NCBI GenBank assembly: GCA_025453395.1
Contig: JALOQK010000006.1
Span: 22,539 to 86,538, forward strand
Source of the DNA: Candidatus Omnitrophota bacterium
GTDB lineage: Bacteria > Omnitrophota > Gorgyraeia > Gygaellales > Profunditerraquicolaceae
DNA: 64,000 nt
Reading direction: 5' to 3'
Shown here one piece after another: positions 10,545-20,451 of the stretch (position 1 is the first letter of the stretch; each line of letters opens with the position of its first letter). The position numbers were made by a program, and so were the translations under genes. Under the pieces are notes generated by a model. It made no database searches. It worked only from the letters and a program-made list of their open reading frames with translations, and was not told the DNA's origin.

Positions 10545-11468
10545 TTATTGAAGATTCGCGTAATAATTATACGCCTTTAAAGCAACCTCAGCAATAAGCC
10601 TTTTGGCTTCTTTGGCAGGGCCAGAATGTTTTACCAAGACGCTGATCAAAAAATCTCCGTATGGCGTAAAAACTATCCCTACGTCATGGCAGACATTTCT
10701 TTCTAATCCGGTTTTATGCGCCACTTTAACATCAGAAGGAAGCCGCGCGGGAATACGGTCATTTATTTTCTGGCGAGCCAATAACTGAAGCGATTGCCTG
10801 GAGACAGCCTCATTAATAAGCCTTCTTCTGTACATTAGTTCCAAAATGCGCGCCATATCATAAGCGGTAGTATAATTTTCTATGCCTCTTCTTCTTTTAC
10901 TAAAATCCATCATCTTGCGTGAAATATTAGTCCCGGATAAACCGATGCTTTTAAAATAACTATCCAAATAATCCATGCCCAGCTTATCAATAATAATGTT
11001 GCTTGCGGTATTATCGCTTTGGGTGATCATATATTCCATTAACTGCCAAAAATTATAAGAAGAGCCATTGGGCATCTGCTTTAACGCTCCGGAACCGTTT
11101 GTCTTGAATCTGCCCTCAAGCGTGATTTTTTCTTCAGGGTTGACCTTGCCCTGCTGTATGGCCTGAAAACAAGCGGCCATAATCGGGACCTTAACCAAGC
11201 TTGCCGAAGCGAAATTATGATCGGCATTAACGCTTATTACCCAATTATATTCTAAATCCTTAATAAATACCCCTTCTTTGCCGTTAAATCGGCGCAATGA
11301 ATCTTGGATATCAGATTCTAGCCTGTTCCATGCCTTTTGCCTTAATATCAAAACCTGCTTAACCCTGCAAGCTTCCCGATATTGTTGATAATAATATACG
11401 GAACAAACCAAGAACAAAGCCGACATCAAACAGAAAACAATGAGGATATTTCTTTGTAATCTCTTCAT
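10545..11468 (-). CDS. Class A beta-lactamase-related serine hydrolase (PBP-like), N-terminal TM
   Basis: SLVK (SxxK), SDN, KTG motifs; no ExxLN omega-loop motif. Confidence 0.85.
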   Translation of the reverse strand: MKRLQRNILIVFCLMSALFLVCSVYYYQQYREACRVKQVLILRQKAWNRLESDIQDSLRRFNGKEGVFIKDLEYNWVISVNADHNFASASLVKVPIMAACFQAIQQGKVNPEEKITLEGRFKTNGSGALKQMPNGSSYNFWQLMEYMITQSDNTASNIIIDKLGMDYLDSYFKSIGLSGTNISRKMMDFSKRRRGIENYTTAYDMARILELMYRRRLINEAVSRQSLQLLARQKINDRIPARLPSDVKVAHKTGLERNVCHDVGIVFTPYGDFLISVLVKHSGPAKEAKRLIAEVALKAYNYYANLQ

Positions 11469-11500
11469 AACTTTATCTTTTTATTTTTGTTGCGGGTTTA

Positions 11501-12250
11501 TTATTGTATTTGCCTTTTAAACTCTCGCCAAGGAAAATAATTTCCCGGACATTCAGTCCGGGCGCCAGGGACCTGACGATGCCCCAGGATATTGCGGTAA
11601 GGGATATTGTAATAGCGCTTCAAGGTGTTAACTAAATACACCAAAGAAGCAAGCTGCTCGGATGAAACCTTCTCTCTGCTGAAGTTGCCTACTAAACAAA
11701 TGCCGATCCCCCGCGAATTCATATTGTTGGCGCGGCAATGCGCCCCATCCTGCTGTTTGATCCAGCGGGGCGCAACTTCAATCTGCCCGTTTTTCTTGCC
11801 ATAGGTGCCGTTGTCAATAACAAAATGATACCCTAAACCGGCAAAACCTCTTTTGTTGTGGATATTGTTTAAAGAAAGCGCGTTTCCAGAATCCGTGGCG
11901 CTGTGATGCACAATAATATAATGCCATTTATGCGAAGGATATAGCGGGACAACCGGCCTGATGGCTCTTGGAAGAGGAATATACAGACGGGCCCCCACAG
12001 CCAAACCTTGCGCGGACTCAATATTGTTGGCGCGCATAATCTCTGATACTGAGGCGCCGTACATTTTACTGATCCGCCACAGGGTTTCCCCTGGCGCTAC
12101 AACATGAAATAACGCGCCTGTCCCCTGCGGTATAGCAGTAGGCAAAGAAACAAAATTTCCTCCGGGCCCAATAGGAGAATTATTTCTTACCGGAACAGCC
12201 GCGCAGGAAGACAATAAAACCGCGCAAATTAATAAAACAATAAGCCTCAT
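11501..12250 (-). CDS. LysM + N-acetylmuramoyl-L-alanine amidase (Amidase_2) lipoprotein
   Basis: Start ATG 12250 MRLIVLL..LLSSC lipobox; HVVAPGETLWRIS LysM; IVHHSA, GYHFVI, GAH, GHR..TECPG zinc amidase motifs. Confidence 0.9.
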   Translation of the reverse strand: MRLIVLLICAVLLSSCAAVPVRNNSPIGPGGNFVSLPTAIPQGTGALFHVVAPGETLWRISKMYGASVSEIMRANNIESAQGLAVGARLYIPLPRAIRPVVPLYPSHKWHYIIVHHSATDSGNALSLNNIHNKRGFAGLGYHFVIDNGTYGKKNGQIEVAPRWIKQQDGAHCRANNMNSRGIGICLVGNFSREKVSSEQLASLVYLVNTLKRYYNIPYRNILGHRQVPGARTECPGNYFPWREFKRQIQ

Positions 12251-12251
12251 A

Positions 12252-13277
12252 TTATCCGATCGCCTCAACTGCCGCCACAACAAGCTCTATTGCGCAATTG
12301 ACATCCTTTAAACTAAAAACCGCGGAAGGCGCATGCACATAACGCGTTGGAACGCTTAAGACGCCAGTTACCACGCCTTCCCTGTTCATATAGATCATTG
12401 CCCCGTCGGTCATGCCTGCATCTAAAATAGACATTTGGTATTTAATATTTTTATCTTTAGCGGTGTTTACCAAAAGCTCTTTCATTTTCTCGCTGACAAT
12501 AATCCCTCTTCCAGAGGCCTCAATCAAAGTAATCGCCACACCTTCTCCCAATTTAAGCTCTGTCTCGTTTTCTTTGACCTGCGGGGTATCTCCAGCGATA
12601 GTTGTATCTATGGCAATAGCATAATCCGGGTCAATCCTGAATGAAGAGGTGCGCGCGCCTTTTAAACCGACTTCTTCCTGCGCGGTAGCTACAGCATAAA
12701 CCTGGCAACGCGGATTAATCCTCTCAAAAGCCTTAAGAAGAATATAGCAACCCACGCGATCATCAACTGCTTTCCCGTAATAAATATCTTCCCCTAAACA
12801 TCCGCAGTTAGGCTCAAAGATGATCTGATCCCCCAAACTAACTTTGCCTAAAGCATCATCTTTATTCTTAGCGCCGATATCTATAAACATATCCTCATGC
12901 TTCAGAGGGGATTTCTTTTCTTCTTCCTTCTGTAAATGCGCAGGGCGCGTGCCGATAATACCTGTGATATCGCCCTTTTTGGACTTAATAACCACTCTCT
13001 GCCCGGGCAAGATCCGGTCGTCAAATCCGCCGATCTTAATAAAATAAATAAATCCTGAATTATCTATATACTTTGCCATCAACCCTATCTCGTCCATATG
13101 CGCGGCCAACATGATCTTTGTCTTACCGCTTCCTTTAACCGCGATCACATTGCCGAAATTATCAATTTGTACGTTTTGAGAGCTTTTCTTAAAATATTCC
13201 TGCATAAGCAAAGAGACTTCTTTTTCGCATCCAGAAACTCCTGATGCGCTTAATAATTTTGCTAATAACTGATCCAT
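12252..13277 (-). CDS. M42 family metalloaminopeptidase
   Basis: AHMDEIG, KAVDDR, QEEVGLKGA, AIDTT, RYVH. Confidence 0.92.
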   Translation of the reverse strand: MDQLLAKLLSASGVSGCEKEVSLLMQEYFKKSSQNVQIDNFGNVIAVKGSGKTKIMLAAHMDEIGLMAKYIDNSGFIYFIKIGGFDDRILPGQRVVIKSKKGDITGIIGTRPAHLQKEEEKKSPLKHEDMFIDIGAKNKDDALGKVSLGDQIIFEPNCGCLGEDIYYGKAVDDRVGCYILLKAFERINPRCQVYAVATAQEEVGLKGARTSSFRIDPDYAIAIDTTIAGDTPQVKENETELKLGEGVAITLIEASGRGIIVSEKMKELLVNTAKDKNIKYQMSILDAGMTDGAMIYMNREGVVTGVLSVPTRYVHAPSAVFSLKDVNCAIELVVAAVEAIG

Positions 13278-13291
13278 ATATCTTATCCCTC

Positions 13292-14329
13292 CTATATCTT
13301 AGCGATTCTCTCTGCGATATCTAAAATCAACTTTTCAGAATCCTTCCAGCCCAAACACGGATCCGTAATAGATTGGCCCTTTACTTTTCCAGCCGGGCTT
13401 TGAGAGCCTTCTTCAAGGTAACTCTCGATCATCAAGCCCTTAATGATATCCCTTAAAGAAGATGAATTTTGCATGCTATGCAAAACCTGCTTGGCGATAC
13501 GCGGCTGCTCACGAAAATCTTTACCGGAATTAGCATGGTTGGTATCTATGATCATCCCCGGATTAACAAGCCCTCTTTTACGGTAAGCTTCTGCTACTTG
13601 CATCAAACTTTCATAATGATAATTGGGGATGTTCTGGCCGTACTGGTTCACTGCCCCCCGCAATATGCAATGCGCGAATGGATTACCGGCAGTTTTTACC
13701 TCCCAGCCGTTATAGATAAAGATGTGCGGCTTTTGCGCGGCGTAAACTGAATTTAACATTACCCCGATATCCCCGCTTGTGGGATTTTTCATGCCTGCCG
13801 GTATATCCAGCCCGCTGACGGTCAGGCGGTGCTCTTGATTCTCCACAGAACGCGCTCCAATAGCCACATAGCTTAAAAGGTCTTCCAAATAAGGGTAATT
13901 ACCCGGATAAAGCATCTCATCGGCAGAGCTTAAACCCGTATGATCTAAAACATGCATATGCATCTGGCGAATGGCTTTTATGCCTTCAACAATATTGGGC
14001 TGATCGCAAGGATCCGGCTGATGCACCATGCCTTTGTACCCTTCGGCAGTGGTGCGCGGTTTATTCGTGTAAATACGCGGCACCAACACAAGCACGTGCT
14101 TAACTTTTTCCTGCACCAAAGACAAACGCAGGGCATATTCATAAATAGCATCTTTATCATCGGCAGAACAAGGCCCGATAATCAAAAGAAATTTCTTAGA
14201 ATCTTTTCTAAAAATATCTTTTATTGTTTTATCACGCTTTTCTTTAAGAGAAGCCAACCGCGACGGCAAAGGCATCTGCTTAAGAATGTCTTGGGGCTTT
14301 GGTATTTTTCTTAAATTAGTGAAACTCAT
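13292..14329 (-). CDS. DAHP synthase, class I (AroF/G/H type)
   Basis: IGPCS, KPRTT..GYKG, IGARS, GMKNPTSG, DTNHANS, SITDPCLGW; start MSFTN at 14329 preferred because track start overlaps upstream gene. Confidence 0.92.
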   Translation of the reverse strand: MSFTNLRKIPKPQDILKQMPLPSRLASLKEKRDKTIKDIFRKDSKKFLLIIGPCSADDKDAIYEYALRLSLVQEKVKHVLVLVPRIYTNKPRTTAEGYKGMVHQPDPCDQPNIVEGIKAIRQMHMHVLDHTGLSSADEMLYPGNYPYLEDLLSYVAIGARSVENQEHRLTVSGLDIPAGMKNPTSGDIGVMLNSVYAAQKPHIFIYNGWEVKTAGNPFAHCILRGAVNQYGQNIPNYHYESLMQVAEAYRKRGLVNPGMIIDTNHANSGKDFREQPRIAKQVLHSMQNSSSLRDIIKGLMIESYLEEGSQSPAGKVKGQSITDPCLGWKDSEKLILDIAERIAKI

Positions 14330-14387
14330 CTTACGTCTTCTGCCTTTCTTCTTTAAACCTTCATCTTTCTTCCCGGGCCTTTTTTCA

Positions 14388-15908
14388 TTAATGCCGGCAA
14401 AATCCCCGGAACTCTTTGGGGATAAAGCCAACTTGTATTCTATTATCTATAAAATATTTTTCAACTAAATTCTCCCGTTTTCCCCCTTCCGGGACAACTC
14501 CTGCTAAAACACCGCTTTTACAAAGAAGCTGCACAGCATCCAGAAACGGGAAAAAGGCGTCAGCGGCAAAAACCGCCCTCCTGGGATTATGGGCGTTTGA
14601 AGAAGCCCTGGCTAAAGCAATGCTGGCGGCATCAAAAGTAGAAGGCCCTCCTCCTATAGACAGAAGCGCTGCGTCCTTGGCCAGGGCGACTTCGTTACCT
14701 CCTAAGTTAGAGGTATAGCAAGCGGCCCAGGCAATGGCTATATCAATAACCCGACGGTAATCTTTTAGCGGCACCACCCAGCGTAAAGAATGCAAATCTA
14801 AAATATAGTCCGCATAAGGTTGAGACAAAAACCCGCAACGCACCATGCGAAGAGACTGCTTGTGATGGCGCAAAAAAGGCTCTCTCAACGAAGGATTGAT
14901 AAAAATTTTTCTATTAGTATTCGCAGAAAGAACCTCTAAGGCCGCAGGATTTATTTGCGGGCAGGCGATCAAATCAAGCATCCAGCTTCCCGAGCCGTAT
15001 TCTTTTTTTCTATGCAGGCTGTTTTTCATAACCTTTGCCAGATCAGGGGTGATAGTGAAATTAACGATAAGCTCCCCTCCCCAGATCGCCCTGGGGTTAC
15101 CCCACAAGGCGCAGGCAAGCGCCTTTAACGGATCATTTCTGCTTACCCCTATCCCGCAGGGATTGCCATGTTTAGCAGCAACGCAAATAAAAGGTTTCTC
15201 CACGGAATTTAGCACTAAACAGCTATAAAGCCTGGAAATAGTCTCAAGGATAGCATCAAAATCCGCCAGATTAGTAAAACAGGGGCTTTCTCCATGGATT
15301 TGTTTAAAAGCGCCTAAGCCTAAAGGGTCATGATCCGCGATAGAATATAAATATGCCGGCGACTGATACGGGTTTTCTCCGTTTGAAAGCTGGTATTTCT
15401 TTACCCCTTGGAGCACCTGCACGTCTTCACTGTTGTTAACTATCTTCAGATAATGCGCGCTTATGGCAAGATTGGCTTGCACCTGCAGTTCATGCACAAC
15501 ATCATGCGGGACTTTGCCTTTTTTCTCTAATAAGGAAACTACCCTTTCCATGTCCGAAAGATGCATTACGGGAATTCTATTTCCTTTAACCGCCAAGGCC
15601 AACAACGCTAACCCCCCAACATCATTACCCGCGCTCAAACTGTAAGGGATATCATAAACTAAATCTATGCGCTGGTCAGAATCCTGGGTGAGCGCTTTTT
15701 CGATTAAAGGATGCAGTGTCGCCGGAAAATTAAGATCGTATCTAAAATCAACAAAATCCTCAACCTGAACAACCGGTATTTTCTTGGATCTTAAGAAATC
15801 ACAGGCATCCTTAGTGGAGACAATCTCCCAGCCGGCCCTGGAAAGCCGCAGAGATAAATCCTCTAATCCAGGGTGGACATTCACAGAAATAAGGGCGCGT
15901 TTTCTCAT
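14388..15908 (-). CDS. Divergent PurH-like protein (MGS-like domain plus AICAR transformylase domain)
   Basis: RALISV, TLHP, DVGG, GENPYQ, KHGNPCG, ADAFFPF, C-terminal FCRH; several canonical motifs altered. Confidence 0.8.
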   Translation of the reverse strand: MRKRALISVNVHPGLEDLSLRLSRAGWEIVSTKDACDFLRSKKIPVVQVEDFVDFRYDLNFPATLHPLIEKALTQDSDQRIDLVYDIPYSLSAGNDVGGLALLALAVKGNRIPVMHLSDMERVVSLLEKKGKVPHDVVHELQVQANLAISAHYLKIVNNSEDVQVLQGVKKYQLSNGENPYQSPAYLYSIADHDPLGLGAFKQIHGESPCFTNLADFDAILETISRLYSCLVLNSVEKPFICVAAKHGNPCGIGVSRNDPLKALACALWGNPRAIWGGELIVNFTITPDLAKVMKNSLHRKKEYGSGSWMLDLIACPQINPAALEVLSANTNRKIFINPSLREPFLRHHKQSLRMVRCGFLSQPYADYILDLHSLRWVVPLKDYRRVIDIAIAWAACYTSNLGGNEVALAKDAALLSIGGGPSTFDAASIALARASSNAHNPRRAVFAADAFFPFLDAVQLLCKSGVLAGVVPEGGKRENLVEKYFIDNRIQVGFIPKEFRGFCRH

Positions 15909-15914
15909 TAGAGT

Positions 15915-17645
15915 TTACTTGTGTTTTTTCTTTTTATAAATATGCTGCTGGGCAAAAAGTTCCTGAAGCGCCTGCCAAATTTCATGCTGGCTATCGGCAG
16001 CCAAGAATTTCTTGCGGTTATTCTGATCGGACATAACACGCGCGATAATGCCTAATATCTGGACCTGCGCTTCGTCATCCTGCTTTGGAGTCAGGATAAG
16101 AAAAATAAACTTTGCAGGATTACCGTCTGGAGAATTCCATTCAATCCCGGATTTTGCCCGGCCGAGGATGACTCTTGAGTGCATCAAAAAATTAATCCGC
16201 GCGTGCGGAAGAGCGATGCCCTCTTCTATTGCGGTGCCCATCATGTTTTCTCTTGCTAAAACAGGCGCATATATCCTTTCAGCATCAGGCATGTTGCCCT
16301 GCTCTGATGCAAGAGAACATAATTCGTATATGGCGCTGTCCCGGTCTTTGGCTTTCATATCAAGGATAATTTCTTTATGGGAAAAACACTCCATCACGCT
16401 TATTTTCTTTCTTAACATAAGCGAATACTTTAAGAGCGGGCCCAATAAAGTTGCTGAAGTCACCCCGCTTGCCACAATTGCCACAAACATCTGCTCAGTA
16501 ATAAGATTATACTGCAAGGCTAAAATGCCAATAACAATCTCCATGGAGCCTCCGGGAGTATGCGCTACCGCCACAGAAAGCCGATTAGCCCGGGAAAGCT
16601 TGGTAAAAATAACCCCGATCCATGCCCCGATAAATTTGCCGAAGAAACTTACAAAGGTGATAAAAATAATTAACTTAAGATTAAAGTTATGCAAGAAATC
16701 AATATTCAGACCAATGCTGGCAAAGAAAAGCGGGACAAAAATAGCATAGACCATCTGGGAGATCACCTGACGGGTGCGCTCAGGAAGCGCCTTTGCTTCT
16801 CCCGCCATTACCCCGGCGGCAAAAAATCCCAGCATCGCGCTTATGCCTATTCTCTGAAACAGCGCCCCGCAGAAAAAACCGGCCAAACAAAGAAAAGTAA
16901 GCGAACTTGCCGGTTCGGGCATTTCAGACTTCTTGATAAAATTAATCACCTTCTCAGATAAGCGCCTGCCGTAACTTAAACAAAAAACCACCAGGATTAT
17001 AGCCGACGCCAAAACCATAACAAGCTTAATAAGATGCACATTGGTGTTAGTAAAGACAGCTAACACCAGCGTAAAAATAACCCAACCGATTATTTCATTG
17101 ACCGATAAGGCCGACATAATCAAATATCCCAAATCAGTCTTAGAGATATTTAAATCATTTAGAGCCCTGATTGTCACAGGCATGGCGCTTATGGTCATAA
17201 CTGTAGCCATAAAAAGGGCAAATATTATTCTTTGGGACGGATCAACCAGGAAGCTATCAGGTATAAAAAGGCTTAAAACAAAACCCATGAACATCGGGAA
17301 AATAATATCGCTTGAGGCTATTTTTAAGGCATTGCCGCGATGGCGCCAGGCAGCGGAAAAATCCATGCCTAATCCGGTCTCAAGAAGAAAAAACAAAAGG
17401 CCCATCAAAGCGACAGTCTCAAGCATATAAAGCTGCGCCGGATCCTGCGGAAAAACAAAATTATATGCCTTAGGAAAAAACCTTCCGAAAACTGTCGGCC
17501 CGAATAAAATCCCCACGAGTATCTCTGCAGTTAAAGTTGGCTGCTTAAACCTGCGGAAAATCTCGCCTAATAGCCTGGCAAAACCTAAAAGCAAGAAAAC
17601 CTGCAGCAAAAAGATAAAAATATTGTCCTGAGCGAACATGATCAT
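15915..17645 (-). CDS. CPA2 cation:proton antiporter fused to C-terminal PTS EIIA domain
   Basis: EILVGILFGP, TISAMPV, FVPLFFASIG antiporter motifs; AREN..GTAIEEGIALPHAR EIIA motif with phospho-His. Confidence 0.88.
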   Translation of the reverse strand: MIMFAQDNIFIFLLQVFLLLGFARLLGEIFRRFKQPTLTAEILVGILFGPTVFGRFFPKAYNFVFPQDPAQLYMLETVALMGLLFFLLETGLGMDFSAAWRHRGNALKIASSDIIFPMFMGFVLSLFIPDSFLVDPSQRIIFALFMATVMTISAMPVTIRALNDLNISKTDLGYLIMSALSVNEIIGWVIFTLVLAVFTNTNVHLIKLVMVLASAIILVVFCLSYGRRLSEKVINFIKKSEMPEPASSLTFLCLAGFFCGALFQRIGISAMLGFFAAGVMAGEAKALPERTRQVISQMVYAIFVPLFFASIGLNIDFLHNFNLKLIIFITFVSFFGKFIGAWIGVIFTKLSRANRLSVAVAHTPGGSMEIVIGILALQYNLITEQMFVAIVASGVTSATLLGPLLKYSLMLRKKISVMECFSHKEIILDMKAKDRDSAIYELCSLASEQGNMPDAERIYAPVLARENMMGTAIEEGIALPHARINFLMHSRVILGRAKSGIEWNSPDGNPAKFIFLILTPKQDDEAQVQILGIIARVMSDQNNRKKFLAADSQHEIWQALQELFAQQHIYKKKKHK

Positions 17646-17668
17646 GCAAAACTCCTTTTCTATCTATT

Positions 17669-19135
17669 TTAACGCGGAACAAGCCTCATCAATTCTTCTT
17701 TTAAAAGATGTTTCCTGATCGCGCAATCCTGATGCCAATTCTCATTCAAAAGCACAAACTGCCTTTGCAGAAAGAAATTATTCTGTATAAAGTTAAATAA
17801 AACGCGGCAGGGATCATAAGAAAGCCCGGATGAGACAAGATACAGGGGCCTGCCGCTTTGATAATGTTTACGAAGCTGCGATAAAAAATCTGTCCACTTA
17901 TTTACGTCACAATCAGAAGGAGGCACCAGTGCTTCTCTTTTAGTGTAATACTTCAGGAATATCCATTCATCCTGGGTAATAATCAAGCTGTTGGGCTGGG
18001 TAAAAGCTTCAATATTCTTGGCAAAATCCACCTGATAGGCATGCAGGTGCCTTTGCCACAAAAGAGGATATATGTATAAAAACATGGGGATAATAAATAA
18101 AAATGTTAGCGCCCCTGAAAGAAAAAGCCTCTCCCGAGATAAATAAGCGATCCCCCGCGCGGCGTAATAAAAAAGAAAAAACACAGGCACAATAAGGTAA
18201 CGCGGGGTGTCCGCTTCACGGTTAACCACATAGACAAAAGGCACTAAAAACGCTATAAAGAAAAACAGATTTAATTTAAGATTTTCTTTTTTCATCCACA
18301 AATAAAGCCCTACCAGGCAGGCTAATATGCTAACACGCAAAGTCTGGCCCAACATCACAAACCCTTGGGCAATGTGCGCGAAGGTAAATTCCCAGACGAT
18401 TAAAAATTGATCCGGTTTCTTAATAAAAAAACGCTGGACTATTTCCGGCATAATAAAATTATCTACCCACCCCTTCCTTGCAGCTAAAAGGCTTATAAGC
18501 GCCCACAGCCCTAAGGAAAACAATGAAAATAAAAACACGCAGCGCAAGGCATAAAGGATATTCTCCCGTTTCTGAATAATAAGCCAAAAAAGCATAGCCG
18601 GAATAACAAGGGCGCATTCGCCCCGGGAAGCAATGGCTAAACCAGCGAAAATAGAAGATTTTATCCATGACAACTCAAATAAATAAAACAGGCAGATTGG
18701 CAGCAGCAACGAAGCCAAAGCATGATCGATCCTGCCAAATGTAGTTACGGAAAGAAAAGCGGGATAAAAAGAAAACAAAAGAAAAAGGGCAAAACTGGAA
18801 GCATCCCCTATTCTCTTCCTAAATAATAAATAGCCTAACATCTGGCCCAATGACGAAAATAAAACCGTAACGAACATCAATAGATTCAGGTCATCAAGGT
18901 TTTTCAAAAAAAGGGATTTAATCCAGGAAAGAAATATCACAAAAACAGAGGCCAACGGCATATAAATACCATGCTCGCTGATAGAATGTTCCCGCATTTG
19001 GATCAAAAAATCCACGGTATCGTAATGGAACGGCCCCTTGCTTAAAAGAAGCCATCTTACCCAAAAAGACACAGCAAAAATAAAAAGCCCATAATAAATA
19101 ACCCTGCTTGAGGAAGCTTTGTCGCGGTTTTGCAT
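17669..19135 (-). CDS. Multi-TM protein, probable GT-C fold (ArnT/PMT-like) glycosyltransferase
   Basis: ~11 TM helices, early FHYD acidic loop, PRYLIV motif, C-terminal soluble domain. Confidence 0.55.
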   Translation of the reverse strand: MQNRDKASSSRVIYYGLFIFAVSFWVRWLLLSKGPFHYDTVDFLIQMREHSISEHGIYMPLASVFVIFLSWIKSLFLKNLDDLNLLMFVTVLFSSLGQMLGYLLFRKRIGDASSFALFLLFSFYPAFLSVTTFGRIDHALASLLLPICLFYLFELSWIKSSIFAGLAIASRGECALVIPAMLFWLIIQKRENILYALRCVFLFSLFSLGLWALISLLAARKGWVDNFIMPEIVQRFFIKKPDQFLIVWEFTFAHIAQGFVMLGQTLRVSILACLVGLYLWMKKENLKLNLFFFIAFLVPFVYVVNREADTPRYLIVPVFFLFYYAARGIAYLSRERLFLSGALTFLFIIPMFLYIYPLLWQRHLHAYQVDFAKNIEAFTQPNSLIITQDEWIFLKYYTKREALVPPSDCDVNKWTDFLSQLRKHYQSGRPLYLVSSGLSYDPCRVLFNFIQNNFFLQRQFVLLNENWHQDCAIRKHLLKEELMRLVPR

Positions 19136-19175
19136 TCTTATGAATTAAGCTATTTTTATAATTGGTATTTCGGTA

Positions 19176-19646
19176 TTATCTTGATATCCCGGTAATTTTA
19201 TATTGTAAAACTCCCGCGGGAACCTTGATCTGCACTACCTGGCCTATTTTATGGTTTAACAATGCCGAACCTACAGGAGAAGAAACGGAAATCTTATTCA
19301 GATTGTAATCGGCCTCTGCCTCAGAAACAAGCATGTATTCCAACTCTTCTTCGGTGTCTAGATCCTTTAATTTCACGGTTGCCCCAATCAACACTTCATC
19401 CTTGGGGATATTAGTATTATCTAAAATACGCGCACAGCTTAACTTTTCCTCGATCTGGGAAATTCTTAACTCATTATGCGCTTGGGCGTCTTTGGCTGCA
19501 TCGTATTCAGCATTCTCACTTATATCTCCTTGGGCACGCGCCTCACCAATCGCCTTAGATAATTCCCTGCGCTTCACAGTCTTTAGCTTCTCTAACTCTT
19601 CTTCTAATTTCTGATAACCTTCTTTAGTAAGATAAATTGGTTCCAT
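19176..19646 (-). CDS. greA: Transcription elongation factor GreA
   Basis: GDISENAEYDAAK, ISVSSPVGSALL. Confidence 0.97.
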   Translation of the reverse strand: MEPIYLTKEGYQKLEEELEKLKTVKRRELSKAIGEARAQGDISENAEYDAAKDAQAHNELRISQIEEKLSCARILDNTNIPKDEVLIGATVKLKDLDTEEELEYMLVSEAEADYNLNKISVSSPVGSALLNHKIGQVVQIKVPAGVLQYKITGISR

Positions 19647-19662
19647 TGTTTCTCCTTTGATA

Positions 19663-20442
19663 TTACATGTTTATCAAATCTTTTAAATCTACTGCCGGAT
19701 TACGATAACGCTTCTTTCCAATGGTACTTTTACCGTATTGTATGGCTTCCACGGGGCACCACTGCAAACAAGCCATGCATTGCTGGCATTGCCCCAGCCA
19801 CTTAGGTTTACCCTGTTGAAGTTGTATGTTCTTAACCGGACAAACCTTAACGCAGGTACCGCAATGATTACATTTATCCTCTGCCCAAAAGCCTTTATCC
19901 ATTTTAGGGATCTTAGGAGAAGCTACTTTATATAAAAATGAAAAAAGAAATCTTAAAGCGCCCATGTCCTTTTCAACCGGCAAAATCTTTCGGTCTTTTA
20001 TCAAAGAGGAGATCTCCTTTACTCTTTTATCGGCTTTAACAAACATCTCATCCTGTTCGTCCTGTTTTATTGCCCCATAAAGAGCAGTATAATTACCGGG
20101 CATTCTTATTAAGAAAGCAGAAGATAATTCAAGGTTTCGTTTCTCAAATAAATTCTTGCACATACCTAAGGCATTACCAGCCTTCCCGCCATAAGTAGCA
20201 ACTGCAAAAATATATGAACCCTTAGTCACTTCTAGCCTATCAATAAAATCCCTAACTAATAGAGGCAAACCAAACATATACACCGGAAATACTATCCCTA
20301 TACAGGACGAACTTACGCTTACAATATCTTCCCGGAAAGTTGCGATAGGGCAAAGTTGAGTATCGCCTAATTCCTTGGCTAAACTGCGGGCGACTTCCAA
20401 AGAATTTCCTGTGCCGGTAAAATAAAAAATCATGTTATTCAT
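19663..20442 (-). CDS. EFR1 family flavodoxin-ferredoxin protein
   Basis: YFTGTGNS flavodoxin loop, FPVY, MPGNY, two CxxCxxCxxxCP motifs. Confidence 0.88.
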   Translation of the reverse strand: MNNMIFYFTGTGNSLEVARSLAKELGDTQLCPIATFREDIVSVSSSCIGIVFPVYMFGLPLLVRDFIDRLEVTKGSYIFAVATYGGKAGNALGMCKNLFEKRNLELSSAFLIRMPGNYTALYGAIKQDEQDEMFVKADKRVKEISSLIKDRKILPVEKDMGALRFLFSFLYKVASPKIPKMDKGFWAEDKCNHCGTCVKVCPVKNIQLQQGKPKWLGQCQQCMACLQWCPVEAIQYGKSTIGKKRYRNPAVDLKDLINM

Positions 20443-20451
20443 CTAGACCCC

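Noticed and set aside
10545-11468. Antibiotic-resistance class A beta-lactamase
   Set aside because: Lacks the ExxLN (Glu166) motif, is membrane-anchored and sits with cell-wall hydrolases
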